Positions 7,842 through 16,027 are shown, counted from the first letter of the stretch. The stretch is DNA of 64,000 nt from an uncultured Smithella sp. (GCA_964547345.1 CAZJMX010000005.1:64678-128677), one strand, 5' to 3'. Numbers and translations are program-made. The notes: generated by a model not told the origin, from the letters alone.

Positions 7842-10499
7842 ATGGCGACAAAAGAATTAGGCAAGGCCTTTGAACCGGCCGAAGCCGAAAAAAGGCTTTA
7901 CGATTACTGGTTGAAGAATGATTTGTTTTCCGCGAAGGATGAAAGCGACGCCCCCGCCTTTGCCATCGTCATCCCGCCGCCCAACGTCACCGGCATACTG
8001 CACATGGGGCACGCGCTCAATAACACGCTTCAGGACGTCATCGTTCGCTTCAAGAGGATGCAGGGGTATAATGCGCTGTGGATGCCGGGTATGGATCACG
8101 CAGGCATCGCCACGCAAAACGTGGTGGAGCAGCAATTATTGAAAGAAGGATTGTCCCGCCATGATTTGGGGCGCGAAAAATTTATCGCCCGCGTCTGGGA
8201 GTGGAAGGAAAAATATGGCGGCGTCATCATTAACCAGCTCAAACGACTGGGCTGCTCCTGCGATTGGAAGCGGGAGCGCTTCACGATGGATGAAGGCTTG
8301 TCCCAGGCGGTCCGGGAAGTTTTCGTGCGGCTTTACAACGAAGACATGATTTACCAGGGCGATTATATCGTCAACTGGTGCCCCCGGTGCCACACGGCCA
8401 TTTCTGATCTGGAAGTGGAATTCAAAGCCGATCAGAGCTTTCTTTGGAACATCCGCTATCCGTTTGCCGAAGGCGGCGGAGAAATTGTCGTGGCCACCAC
8501 CCGTCCGGAAACCATGCTGGGCGATACGGCCGTGGCCGTCCATCCGGACGATCCTCGCTACAAAGATAAGATCGGCAAATTTGTCATTTTGCCTTTGATG
8601 AACAAACAGATCCCGGTGATTGCCGACGATTATGTGACGATGGATTTCGGCTCCGGCGCGGTGAAGATCACGCCCGGCTCCGATCCCAACGATTTTGCGA
8701 TGGCCCAGCGCCACAACCTGGAAATCATTTCCATCATGGACGGGCAGGGCATCATCAATGCGCACGGCGGCGCCTACAAAGGGCAGGATCGCTACGAGGC
8801 CCGCAAGAATGTGATTGCCGATCTGGAAAAGGGCGGCTACATGGTCGGTACCGAGCCTTACGCGCACAATGTGGGCCAGTGCTACCGCTGCAAGACGGAC
8901 ATCGAGCCGATGGTGTCCAAACAGTGGTTTGTCAAAATCAAACCGCTGGCCGCCAAGGCCATTGCCGCCGTCACGAAAAGAAAAACACGCATCGTGCCTT
9001 CTTCCTGGGAAGCCACGTATTTTGACTGGATGAACAACATCCGCGACTGGTGCATTTCCCGACAATTGTGGTGGGGACATCGCATTCCCGTGTGGTATTG
9101 CGGCGACTGCGGCAAGGTGATTGTTTCCACGGTCGATCCGACATCCTGTCCGATCTGCGACGGCGCGTCTTTGAGACAGGATGAAGATGTGCTGGATACG
9201 TGGTTTAGTTCCGCGCTGTGGCCCTTCACAACGCTGGGCTGGCCCAAAAAAACCAAAGCGCTCAAGACGTTTTATCCGACATCGCTTCTGGTCACGGGAT
9301 TTGACATCCTCTTTTTCTGGGTGGCCCGTATGATGATGATGGGCATTTACGTCATGAAAGACATTCCCTTCAAAGATGTCTATCTCCATGCCCTGGTGCG
9401 CGATGAAAAAGGCGAGAAGATGAGCAAGTCCAAGGGCAACAGCATCGACCCGTTGGTGATGATTGATCAGTACGGAACCGATGCCTTCCGTTTTACGCTG
9501 GCTGCCTACACCGCGCAGGGACGTGATGTGCGCATGTCGCCGGAACGAATTGAGGGCTACAAGTTCTTCGTCAACAAAATCTGGAATGCAGCGAAACTGA
9601 CGCTCAACAATCTGGCGGATTATGATGAAGATGCGTCTTTGAATGCGCCGGATTCCTTGCCGGAAAAATGGATCAAGGCGAAATTGAATGAGACGATTGC
9701 GGATGTGACTCGCGGCCTCGATGAATACCGGTTCAACGACGCCTCGGCCGCCGTTTACAATTTTATCTGGCATGAATACTGTGACTGGTATCTGGAAATC
9801 AGCAAACCGGCGCTTTACGGCAAGATCAGCCCCGAGCAAAAACAGGCAACGCAAAGGACCATGAAAGAAGTTTTCTGCATCATGATGCAACTGCTTCATC
9901 CCTTCATGCCGTTTGTGACCGAGGAGCTCTGGCACGTGCTGCATGGAAGCGATGAGAACTCCATCATGGTCAGCAAATTCCCCGTTGTTCAAGACGCATG
10001 GGACGACAAGGACGCAGAAAAAAAGATGGAGATGCTCATGGAGATCATCACCTCGATTCGTAATATCCGCGGGGAGATGCGGATTCCGCCGTCGATGAAG
10101 CTGACGGTATTGATTTCCGTCGCGGATGAACAAGCAAAAGCAGACATGGAGACAGGCGGCGGTTACATCATGAATCTGTCCAATCTCGAATCATTGTCGG
10201 TGGAAGTGAACCTCGCTGAGCCCAAGGGTGTGGCAACCGGTGTCGTCGGTGCGACCAAGATATTTGTTCCGCTGGCTGGCATTGTGGATATTGCCGGAGA
10301 GAAAACGCGACTGGAGAAGGAGCTCGCGAAAGTGTCCAGGGATCTGGAACAAAGCGCAAGGAAACTCGCCAACCGAGATTTCCGCGATAAGGCCGCTCCG
10401 GAAATCATCCAGAAGGAAGAAGACAAATTAAAAAGCTTCCAGGAAAAATTCAACGCCCTGGAGGGTGCACTCAAGAAACTCAAAGAGATTGCCGCGTAA
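7842..10499 (+). CDS. valS: Valine--tRNA ligase
   Basis: HIGH-type motif (PPPNVTGILHMGHA), KMSKS and a C-terminal coiled coil. The length (885 aa) is typical. Confidence 0.97.
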   Translation: MATKELGKAFEPAEAEKRLYDYWLKNDLFSAKDESDAPAFAIVIPPPNVTGILHMGHALNNTLQDVIVRFKRMQGYNALWMPGMDHAGIATQNVVEQQLLKEGLSRHDLGREKFIARVWEWKEKYGGVIINQLKRLGCSCDWKRERFTMDEGLSQAVREVFVRLYNEDMIYQGDYIVNWCPRCHTAISDLEVEFKADQSFLWNIRYPFAEGGGEIVVATTRPETMLGDTAVAVHPDDPRYKDKIGKFVILPLMNKQIPVIADDYVTMDFGSGAVKITPGSDPNDFAMAQRHNLEIISIMDGQGIINAHGGAYKGQDRYEARKNVIADLEKGGYMVGTEPYAHNVGQCYRCKTDIEPMVSKQWFVKIKPLAAKAIAAVTKRKTRIVPSSWEATYFDWMNNIRDWCISRQLWWGHRIPVWYCGDCGKVIVSTVDPTSCPICDGASLRQDEDVLDTWFSSALWPFTTLGWPKKTKALKTFYPTSLLVTGFDILFFWVARMMMMGIYVMKDIPFKDVYLHALVRDEKGEKMSKSKGNSIDPLVMIDQYGTDAFRFTLAAYTAQGRDVRMSPERIEGYKFFVNKIWNAAKLTLNNLADYDEDASLNAPDSLPEKWIKAKLNETIADVTRGLDEYRFNDASAAVYNFIWHEYCDWYLEISKPALYGKISPEQKQATQRTMKEVFCIMMQLLHPFMPFVTEELWHVLHGSDENSIMVSKFPVVQDAWDDKDAEKKMEMLMEIITSIRNIRGEMRIPPSMKLTVLISVADEQAKADMETGGGYIMNLSNLESLSVEVNLAEPKGVATGVVGATKIFVPLAGIVDIAGEKTRLEKELAKVSRDLEQSARKLANRDFRDKAAPEIIQKEEDKLKSFQEKFNALEGALKKLKEIAA

Positions 10500-11329
10500 T
10501 GGAACAGCGAATCAAGAATATCATCAAAGCCGCTCTGGACGAGGACATCGGCACAGGCGACATCACAACGCAGGCCATCGTCAGCCCGAAAATAAAGGGC
10601 AGGGCGCAGGCCATTGCCAAAGACGACTTTGTCATTGCCGGGATTGATGTTTTCGAAGCAACGTTCAAATGCATCGACAAAAAGATAAAAGTCAAAAAGA
10701 TGATTGCCGACGGTTACCGTGCCAAAAAAGGTGCAGTCATCGCCGAAGTCGAAGGCAGCCTTTCCAGTATCCTACAGGCCGAACGCGTTGCGCTGAATCT
10801 GTTTCAGCGCATGTGCGGCATCGCCACACAAACGGCCAAATACGTGGAAGCCGTGCGCGGCACAAAAACAAAAATTCTCGACACGCGCAAAACCGTTCCA
10901 GGATTGCGTGTTCTCGACAAGATGGCTGTGCGGCTGGGCGGTGGCACCAATCACCGTATCGGACTCTACGATGGCGTTCTCATTAAAGACAATCACATTG
11001 AAGCCGCAGGCGGTATCACCGCGGCCGTTTCCGCACAAAGAAAACATCTGAAAAAGAAGCTGAAAATAGAAGTCGAAACAAAAAATATGCAGGAAGTTAA
11101 AGAAGCCCTGAAATGTGGTGTGGATATCATCATGTTGGACAACATGACCAATGATGCCATGAAGAAAGCGGTCGATGTCATCGCTGGACGCGCGCACACG
11201 GAAGCCTCCGGCAATGTTAGCCTGCAACGTGTTACCAAAATTGCCGCCACTGGCGTGGATTTAATTTCCGTAGGCGAACTTACCCACTCCGTCCACGCCG
11301 CGGATATTTCGTTAAAAATTATACAGTAG
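10499..11329 (+). CDS. nadC: Nicotinate-nucleotide diphosphorylase (carboxylating), NadC
   Basis: The ERVALNLFQRMCGIATQT, TRKTVPGLR and HRIGLYDGVLIKDNH motifs. Its start overlaps the valS stop (TAATG). Confidence 0.95.
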   Translation: MEQRIKNIIKAALDEDIGTGDITTQAIVSPKIKGRAQAIAKDDFVIAGIDVFEATFKCIDKKIKVKKMIADGYRAKKGAVIAEVEGSLSSILQAERVALNLFQRMCGIATQTAKYVEAVRGTKTKILDTRKTVPGLRVLDKMAVRLGGGTNHRIGLYDGVLIKDNHIEAAGGITAAVSAQRKHLKKKLKIEVETKNMQEVKEALKCGVDIIMLDNMTNDAMKKAVDVIAGRAHTEASGNVSLQRVTKIAATGVDLISVGELTHSVHAADISLKIIQ

Positions 11330-11398
11330 GGTGGATGAAGCGTAGCGCATCCACCAATGATGATTGATGGTAGAACCGCTACGCTTCATCTACCCTAC
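11326..11398. repeat. REP/REPIN-like inverted doublet (two about 30-nt GTAG-headed palindromic units in opposite orientation)
   Basis: Unit 1 (11326-11355) is GTAGGGTGGATGAAGCGTAGCGCATCCACC. Unit 2 (11369-11398, reverse complement) is GTAGGGTAGATGAAGCGTAGCGGTTCTACC. The spacer is 13 nt. The first GTAG overlaps the nadC stop codon. Confidence 0.6.
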
Positions 11399-11447
11399 GA
11401 AAAATATATTGGAACTGGAGCAAACATGTTGATTGCTTCGAGATATA

Positions 11448-11476
11448 CTGGTTCAATCGGAAGACGATTGAACCAG
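11448..11476. repeat. Perfect 12-bp inverted repeat (hairpin) with a 5-nt loop and no U-tract
   Basis: ctggttcaatcg-gaaga-cgattgaaccag. Confidence 0.5.
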
Positions 11477-11531
11477 TAAAGAATACATATAAAAAGCAGT
11501 CCATGAATATTTTCATCTGGAGGAAAACTTA

Positions 11532-12594
11532 ATGAAGCTATCTACGAATTACTTATGTGTATTTACAATAGTCATATTATTCTTATTCATTGTCCCTGCC
11601 TTCGCGGAGGTGAAGGTTTTTGAGAAAGAAGTTGAGGAGGCCGTCAGCCGGGGTTAGAGCCAGGAGCAGGTAGAGGCCTTCGCGCTTCAAAAGGCCAAGC
11701 GCCTTGCCGTTGAAGAAGCAGGAACCTATATCTCCTCGCTCACGGTAGTCCGGAATTATCAGCTCCAGTCAGACGAAGTGACGGCGCTGGCCTCCGGTGT
11801 AGTCCTGGCCAAGATCATCGGTGTTCCCGCTGTACGGGTGGAAAATGGTGTTGTCCACGTCCGGGTTAAGGCCCGGATCGATGTGGACACTGCCGTTCTG
11901 GATCAGCAAATCAGTGAAATCATGAAAGAAAAAGGCACTCTGAAAAAATTGGAGGATGCCCAGAAAAATGTCCGGGAACTGGAAAACAAGCTCGCCCATC
12001 TGAAAAGCTCCGAGGTCAAGCGCCTGGAAGAACTAAACACTCAAGCTCTTGCCCTGGAACGACCTGACCCGGAAAGCCAAGCTCTCGCAGGATTCTTGGG
12101 CGACCATTGACGACAGCCTGTCTCTCAAGCAGGCGACGGCGGAAGTGAAAGATCTGAAAAAAGAAATCGCCAACCTCAAAAACCGCCTCGATTTCCAGTA
12201 TAATGAAAACGTTAAAAACCTGAAAGCTGCCTATACCCAGCAGCGGGCCCTTTCCGGGGCAAAGCTGCCTTCTCACCCCGCCCCGAAGGACGCTTTTGAG
12301 TCCAGCGCGGAATACAACAATCGCCTTGCCGCCTACGAACGACAGGTCAATGCGGTGAAAGCGGCCGGCGGGGAGGCGATGGAAAGGTTGGAAAAGGAAG
12401 AGAATCTGACGCTGGCCGAGGCGAAGGTGGATTATCTGGGGCAGCAGATCCGGGTGCTCGCGCCCTTTGTGGCTCGTCTGGGCCCCCTGCAAGGCCGTAA
12501 GTTCACACTGCCTGAGGGCGGGGCCATGACCGTCGAACTGGGGGATCCCGATAAGGAACGCATGCCGCCGTTATGCGGCTGCAACAATTCATGA
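11532..12594 (+). pseudogene. Disrupted LPP20-like / coiled-coil lipoprotein gene (in-frame TAG at 11655-11657 plus a +1 frame change near 12040-12110)
   Basis: The ATG at 11532 has an RBS (ggagga) and encodes a signal peptide (MKLSTNYLCVFTIVILFLFIVPAFA). The frame stops after 41 codons, then resumes as SQEQVEAFALQKAKRLAVEEAGTYIS (LPP20-like). The coiled-coil part continues in another frame as ORF 12049-12594. Confidence 0.6.
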
Positions 12595-12649
12595 GAAAAG
12601 TCAGTCACAATAGATTCAATCCCGCCTTGTCAGCCAATGGAAAGGCGCG

Positions 12650-12937
12650 GTGGTGGTAAGCTACAGAGAAGACCAGATCGGCAGGATGCATTCAATGATG
12701 GCGTCTTATCTGGGGCAATTCAGTCATGCCTCTGCATATCGGCTCGTCTGGTCTCTGTTTCAACGATACTGGGTGCTGAACAGATATTTTATGCTAGACA
12801 ACCTTACGCTACGCCGCGCTGACGAACCACCCCGCTTTTACAACCTTTCCAGCCAGTATCGCTGGTTTTGCCGCAAGTATGAAAATGCCCTGATCTTCTT
12901 TCAGGTCGGCAAGTATTTCGAGTTTTACCGCGGCTAA
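12650..12937 (+). pseudogene. Gene stub whose last about 30 codons resemble MutS domain I (mismatch-binding N-terminus), cut off at the left inverted repeat
   Basis: SSQYRWFCRKYENALIFFQVGKYFEFYRG compares with MutS TPMMQQYLxxKxxxPDxLLFFRxGDFYExF. A plausible start is ATG 12791. The stop TAA lies inside the IR (GGC TAA TAA). Confidence 0.35.
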
Positions 12938-13003
12938 TAACCTAAAGGTCACAAGAGCCACGTACTACATCAGAACAAAATCGCGTATATACCAAAAAGC
13001 TCA

Positions 13004-13031
13004 TTGACTATATGTATATAAAAGGTATAAT
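13004..13031 (+). promoter_or_regulatory. Sigma-70 promoter of brnTA (TTGACT, 16-nt spacer, TATAAT), implying a leaderless or near-leaderless transcript
   Basis: Perfect -10 at 13026-13031 and ATG at 13041, with no Shine-Dalgarno in between. The AT palindrome tatatgtatata in the spacer is a possible operator. Confidence 0.5.
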
Positions 13032-13040
13032 AATTATACT

Positions 13041-13304
13041 ATGGAATTTGAATTTGATCCGGAAAAGAGTATAGGCAATAAAGCAAAGCACGGTATTGAC
13101 TTTCAAGAAGCTCAGTCTTTGTGGAAGGATCTTGATCTTTTGGAAATTCCTGTGAAAACGAGCGATGAAGAAAGATTTCTCGTTGTTGGCATAATGGATG
13201 GAAAACATTGGTCGGGAGTCATCACGCACCGGTCAGGCAAGATAAGGATTATTTCCGTGAGACGCTCCAGAAAAGAAGAGGTTAAATTATATGAAGGCGA
13301 GTGA
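13041..13304 (+). CDS. brnT: BrnT-family (DUF497) type II toxin
   Basis: MEFEFDPEKSIGNKAKHGIDFQEAQSLW...ERFLVVG...IRIISVRRSRKEEVKLYE matches the BrnT consensus layout. Confidence 0.9.
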   Translation: MEFEFDPEKSIGNKAKHGIDFQEAQSLWKDLDLLEIPVKTSDEERFLVVGIMDGKHWSGVITHRSGKIRIISVRRSRKEEVKLYEGE

Positions 13305-13515
13305 ATTTGATAAAAAATTTGATAAAGGTGAGAATATTGCCGGCCATCTTGATTTATCAAAAGCGAGGCGTCCAGAACAGGAACAAAAGCGGGTCAATGT
13401 GGATTTCCCCCTTTGGATGATCCAGTTACTGGACAGGGAAGCAAAGCGTCTGGGTGTGCCGCGCCAATCCATCATCAAGATATGGGTGGCGGAACGCTTG
13501 GAAAAGGTTGCTTAG
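13291..13515 (+). CDS. brnA: BrnA-family (CopG/RHH-like) antitoxin
   Basis: It overlaps brnT by 14 nt. The C-terminal VDFPLWMIQLLDREAKRLGVPRQSIIKIWVAERL is a ribbon-helix-helix signature. Confidence 0.85.
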   Translation: MKASEFDKKFDKGENIAGHLDLSKARRPEQEQKRVNVDFPLWMIQLLDREAKRLGVPRQSIIKIWVAERLEKVA

Positions 13516-13819
13516 AAGTAAATAGCCGTGTGAATCGCCTGTGACCTCGCGCCACCTTTAGGTGGTTAGGTTATTAGCCCCGCCAATAAAAACGGATATC
13601 AATGTCCGCACTACAATTAGGCGTTAATATTACCAGGTGATCAAATCAGGGATTATGAGACGGGCTGGCGTTTTTTCTTTTGAGAAGAAAATACATATGC
13701 TAAGATGCAGCCATGATAGAATCAGGAGCGACCTCTGTAAAAATCTGTGGGCGGTTGGGGAATTTTATTAAATAAATAATGGAAAATACTTAGTTATTAG
13801 AAATTCAGAGGTGACCAAA

Positions 13820-14032
13820 ATGACCAGGACAGCAAATGTGTTAAAAGATGCGTTAACCCTTCGCCCGTCGGAAAAAGCAGAGCTTGTCGATAAACTGCTC
13901 TCCAGTCTTGATCAGCCGGATCGTAATATTGACAAGTTATGGGCGAAAGAGGCAGAAAGCAGGATCGATGCGTATGATCAAGGGAAAATAAAAGCGTTAT
14001 CTTTAGAAAAAGTTCTGCAGAAATATAGATAA
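13820..14032 (+). CDS. Addiction-module antitoxin (putative addiction module component family)
   Basis: LTLRPSEKAELVDKLLSSLD...LWAKEAESRIDAYDQGKI is characteristic. The RBS agagg is 9 nt before ATG 13820, and the ORF is open from GTG 13811. Confidence 0.8.
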   Translation: MTRTANVLKDALTLRPSEKAELVDKLLSSLDQPDRNIDKLWAKEAESRIDAYDQGKIKALSLEKVLQKYR

Positions 14033-14033
14033 A

Positions 14034-14324
14034 ATGAAGATCAATTTTCTGGAAATCGCTCAAATTGAACTGGATGATGCCATAGCGTATTATAATTATG
14101 AACTTCCCGGCCTTGGTGACGCTTTCTTAACTGAAATATTAAATGCACTGGACAGAATAGGTGAACTTCCAGAAGCATGGCATTCCTGTTCAAAACGAAC
14201 AAGGAGATGCCAAACCAAGCGTTTTCCGTATGGTGTTGTTTATCAAATACGAGAAAAAGAAATACTGGTTGTTGCCGTCGCTAATCTTCACAGAAAACCT
14301 GATTATTGGCAGGACAGATTATAA
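14034..14324 (+). CDS. RelE/ParE-family type II toxin
   Basis: The start is 1 nt after the antitoxin stop. AQIELDDAIAYY...RRCQTKRFPYGVVYQIREKEILVVAVANLHRKPDYW is ParE/RelE-like. Confidence 0.85.
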   Translation: MKINFLEIAQIELDDAIAYYNYELPGLGDAFLTEILNALDRIGELPEAWHSCSKRTRRCQTKRFPYGVVYQIREKEILVVAVANLHRKPDYWQDRL

Positions 14325-14448
14325 TTTCCATTCATCTTCATGGCTTGCTTTTGCAATAAATTGATTATCCCTGCATCCAATTTATGTTTCATGGCAGGTT
14401 ATACGCTTAAGCAGGAATGGTCGAATCAGCAGGGAATACCTTAATTCT

Positions 14449-15240
14449 ATGAATCTGAAGGTGGAATCACTGAAACATCAGCTGGCCGGAAAGTTCATCG
14501 GTCATCAGCTTCATTACTATGAAGAAATTGGTTCGACCAATGATGAGGGATTTCGTCTCGGTATTCAAGGCGCATCGGAAGGTACGGTACTGATCGCGGA
14601 GAGCCAGAATGCTGGCAAGGGTCGCATGCAGCGGGTTTGGCATTCACCGGCGGGTGCAAATATTTACACGTCCATCATTTTGCGGCCAAAGTTCGAGACG
14701 GTGCGCGCACCGCAAATTTCCATTGCCGCAGGTGTTGCTGTAGCTGAAACCCTCAACCATTACTGTCAGGGGAAAGTTCAGCTCAAGTGGCCGAATGATG
14801 TTTTGATTGGCGGTAAAAAGGTTTGCGGTATTCTTGCGCAGATGAAAATGTCGGCCGGCGCCATTGATTTTGTTGTGCTGGGGATCGGCATTAATGTCAA
14901 TTTGAGCTCTGAACAATTTCCAAGCGATATTCAAGCGATTGCCACATCTTTGGCCATTGAAACCGGCCGCGAAATATCGCGTTTGGAATTGATAATTCGT
15001 CTGTATGAAAATCTGACAAAATGGTATAAACAGCTCCTTCAAAACGGGTTTAGTCCGATCAAAGAAAAATGGCTGAGCCGCTCGTCGATGATCGGCAAAC
15101 CTGTTTCGGTGCTGTTTCGGGAAGAAGCCGTGAGTGGCACGGCCATCGGCCTGGATGATGACGGCGCTCTGATTCTTCTTGCCGCCGGGAATAAAGAAAT
15201 GAAAGTCTCAGCAGGAGACGCGACAATTCTGAAGAGGTGA
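14449..15240 (+). CDS. birA: Biotin--[acetyl-CoA-carboxylase] ligase (class I, no N-terminal HTH)
   Basis: The [35 protein letters not shown] and GIGINVN motifs. Confidence 0.9.
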   Translation: MNLKVESLKHQLAGKFIGHQLHYYEEIGSTNDEGFRLGIQGASEGTVLIAESQNAGKGRMQRVWHSPAGANIYTSIILRPKFETVRAPQISIAAGVAVAETLNHYCQGKVQLKWPNDVLIGGKKVCGILAQMKMSAGAIDFVVLGIGINVNLSSEQFPSDIQAIATSLAIETGREISRLELIIRLYENLTKWYKQLLQNGFSPIKEKWLSRSSMIGKPVSVLFREEAVSGTAIGLDDDGALILLAAGNKEMKVSAGDATILKR

Positions 15241-15244
15241 ATAT

Positions 15245-16027
15245 ATGCTGTTAGTCATTGATGTCGGTAACACCAATACTGTTTTAGGTCTCTTTGACGG
15301 TGACCGTCTAATCCACGACTGGAGGATTCGAACGGAGATTGATCACACCATTGATGAGTATGGTATCCTGATTTCCAATTTGTATCAGTCCAGCCGGATG
15401 AACGCGAAAGAAATCAAATCCGTTACGGATATTATTATTTCCTGCGTTGTGCCGCCGATGCTCAATATCCTGGAACCCCTGTGTCTGAAATATTTTAAAA
15501 TCAAACCGATGATTGTGGGGCCCGGCATTAAAACGGGCATGCCTATTTTTTATGATAATCCCAAGGAAGTGGGCGCGGACCGCATCGTCAACGCGGTGGC
15601 CGCTTTCGACAAGTATCGACAGGAATCGATTATTGTGGATTTCGGCACGGCGACGACCTTTGACTATGTCTCGCCCAAGGGCGAATATATGGGCGGCTGC
15701 ATTGCGCCGGGCATCGTGATTTCCAGCGAGGCGCTTTTCGCGCGCGCATCCAAGTTGCCTCGTGTTGAATTCGGCAGACCGAAGACCATTATTACCAAAG
15801 ACACCGTCAGTGCCATTCAGGCGGGTATCATGTTCGGTTACGCGGGCTTGGTGGATGGTATCGTTGCGCGCATGAAAGCGGAACTCAAATCAAAACCCAT
15901 GGTGATTGCGACGGGAGGATTGGCGCGGGTGGTGGCGCAGGAAGCCAGGAGCATTGATAAAATCGAAGAGATGCTGACGCTGGAAGGTTTGCGTCTGATC
16001 TATGAACTTAATTCCAAACCATGCTAA
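15245..16027 (+). CDS. coaX: Type III pantothenate kinase
   Basis: [35 protein letters not shown] and ATGGLA. Confidence 0.93.
   Translation: MLLVIDVGNTNTVLGLFDGDRLIHDWRIRTEIDHTIDEYGILISNLYQSSRMNAKEIKSVTDIIISCVVPPMLNILEPLCLKYFKIKPMIVGPGIKTGMPIFYDNPKEVGADRIVNAVAAFDKYRQESIIVDFGTATTFDYVSPKGEYMGGCIAPGIVISSEALFARASKLPRVEFGRPKTIITKDTVSAIQAGIMFGYAGLVDGIVARMKAELKSKPMVIATGGLARVVAQEARSIDKIEEMLTLEGLRLIYELNSKPC

Larger units (their letters stand above)
12932..13579. mobile_element. Candidate transposase-less mobile cassette (MIC/MITE-like) carrying brnT-brnA, bounded by terminal inverted repeats
   Basis: The left end (12932-12953) is GGCTAATAACCTAA+AGGTCACA. The right end (13540-13579), reverse-complemented, has the same 14 + 8 nt interrupted by an 18-nt insert containing the palindrome ccaccTTTAggtgg. 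CCGC lies immediately outside both ends (12928-12931 and 13580-13583). Confidence 0.45.

Noticed and set aside
8136-10133. A 665-aa stop-free ORF antisense to valS. Similar long antisense ORFs mirror other genes: 3655-4536 (mutL), 16024-16647 (coaE, almost end to end), 16647-17285 (Cam), 37729-38751 (ribD), 62027-62575 (infC) and 28814-29512.
   Set aside because: All of them lie in the codon-aligned antisense frame of strongly supported genes. In that frame, stops arise only from sense TTA/CTA/TCA codons, which this genome evidently avoids. Their translations are low-complexity (His/Arg/Gly/Phe-rich), lack recognisable domains and lack ribosome-binding sites. They are shadow ORFs, not overlapping genes.
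11655-11657. In-frame TAG in the LPP20-like gene as a pyrrolysine or read-through codon.
   Set aside because: No pyl genes or methylamine methyltransferase context are in the window. The same gene also carries a frameshift about 400 nt downstream, and it lies in a decaying island. A pseudogene is the simpler explanation.
12932-13579. Inverted repeats around brnTA as integron attC sites (GTTAGGT at 13565-13571 fits the GTTRRRY core).
   Set aside because: The matching inverse core (RYYYAAC) is not present at the expected place within the same site. The two repeats are complementary to each other across the cassette rather than each being an internally paired attC. No intI or attI is in the window.
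13647-14373. Weak inverted match CAGGGATTAT (13647-13656) against GATTATCCCTG (14363-14373), and AATGGAAAAT (about 13790) against AATTTCCATT (about 14326), flanking the second TA pair.
   Set aside because: Only 9/10 matches in AT-rich spacers, with no flanking direct repeats. This is within chance expectation.
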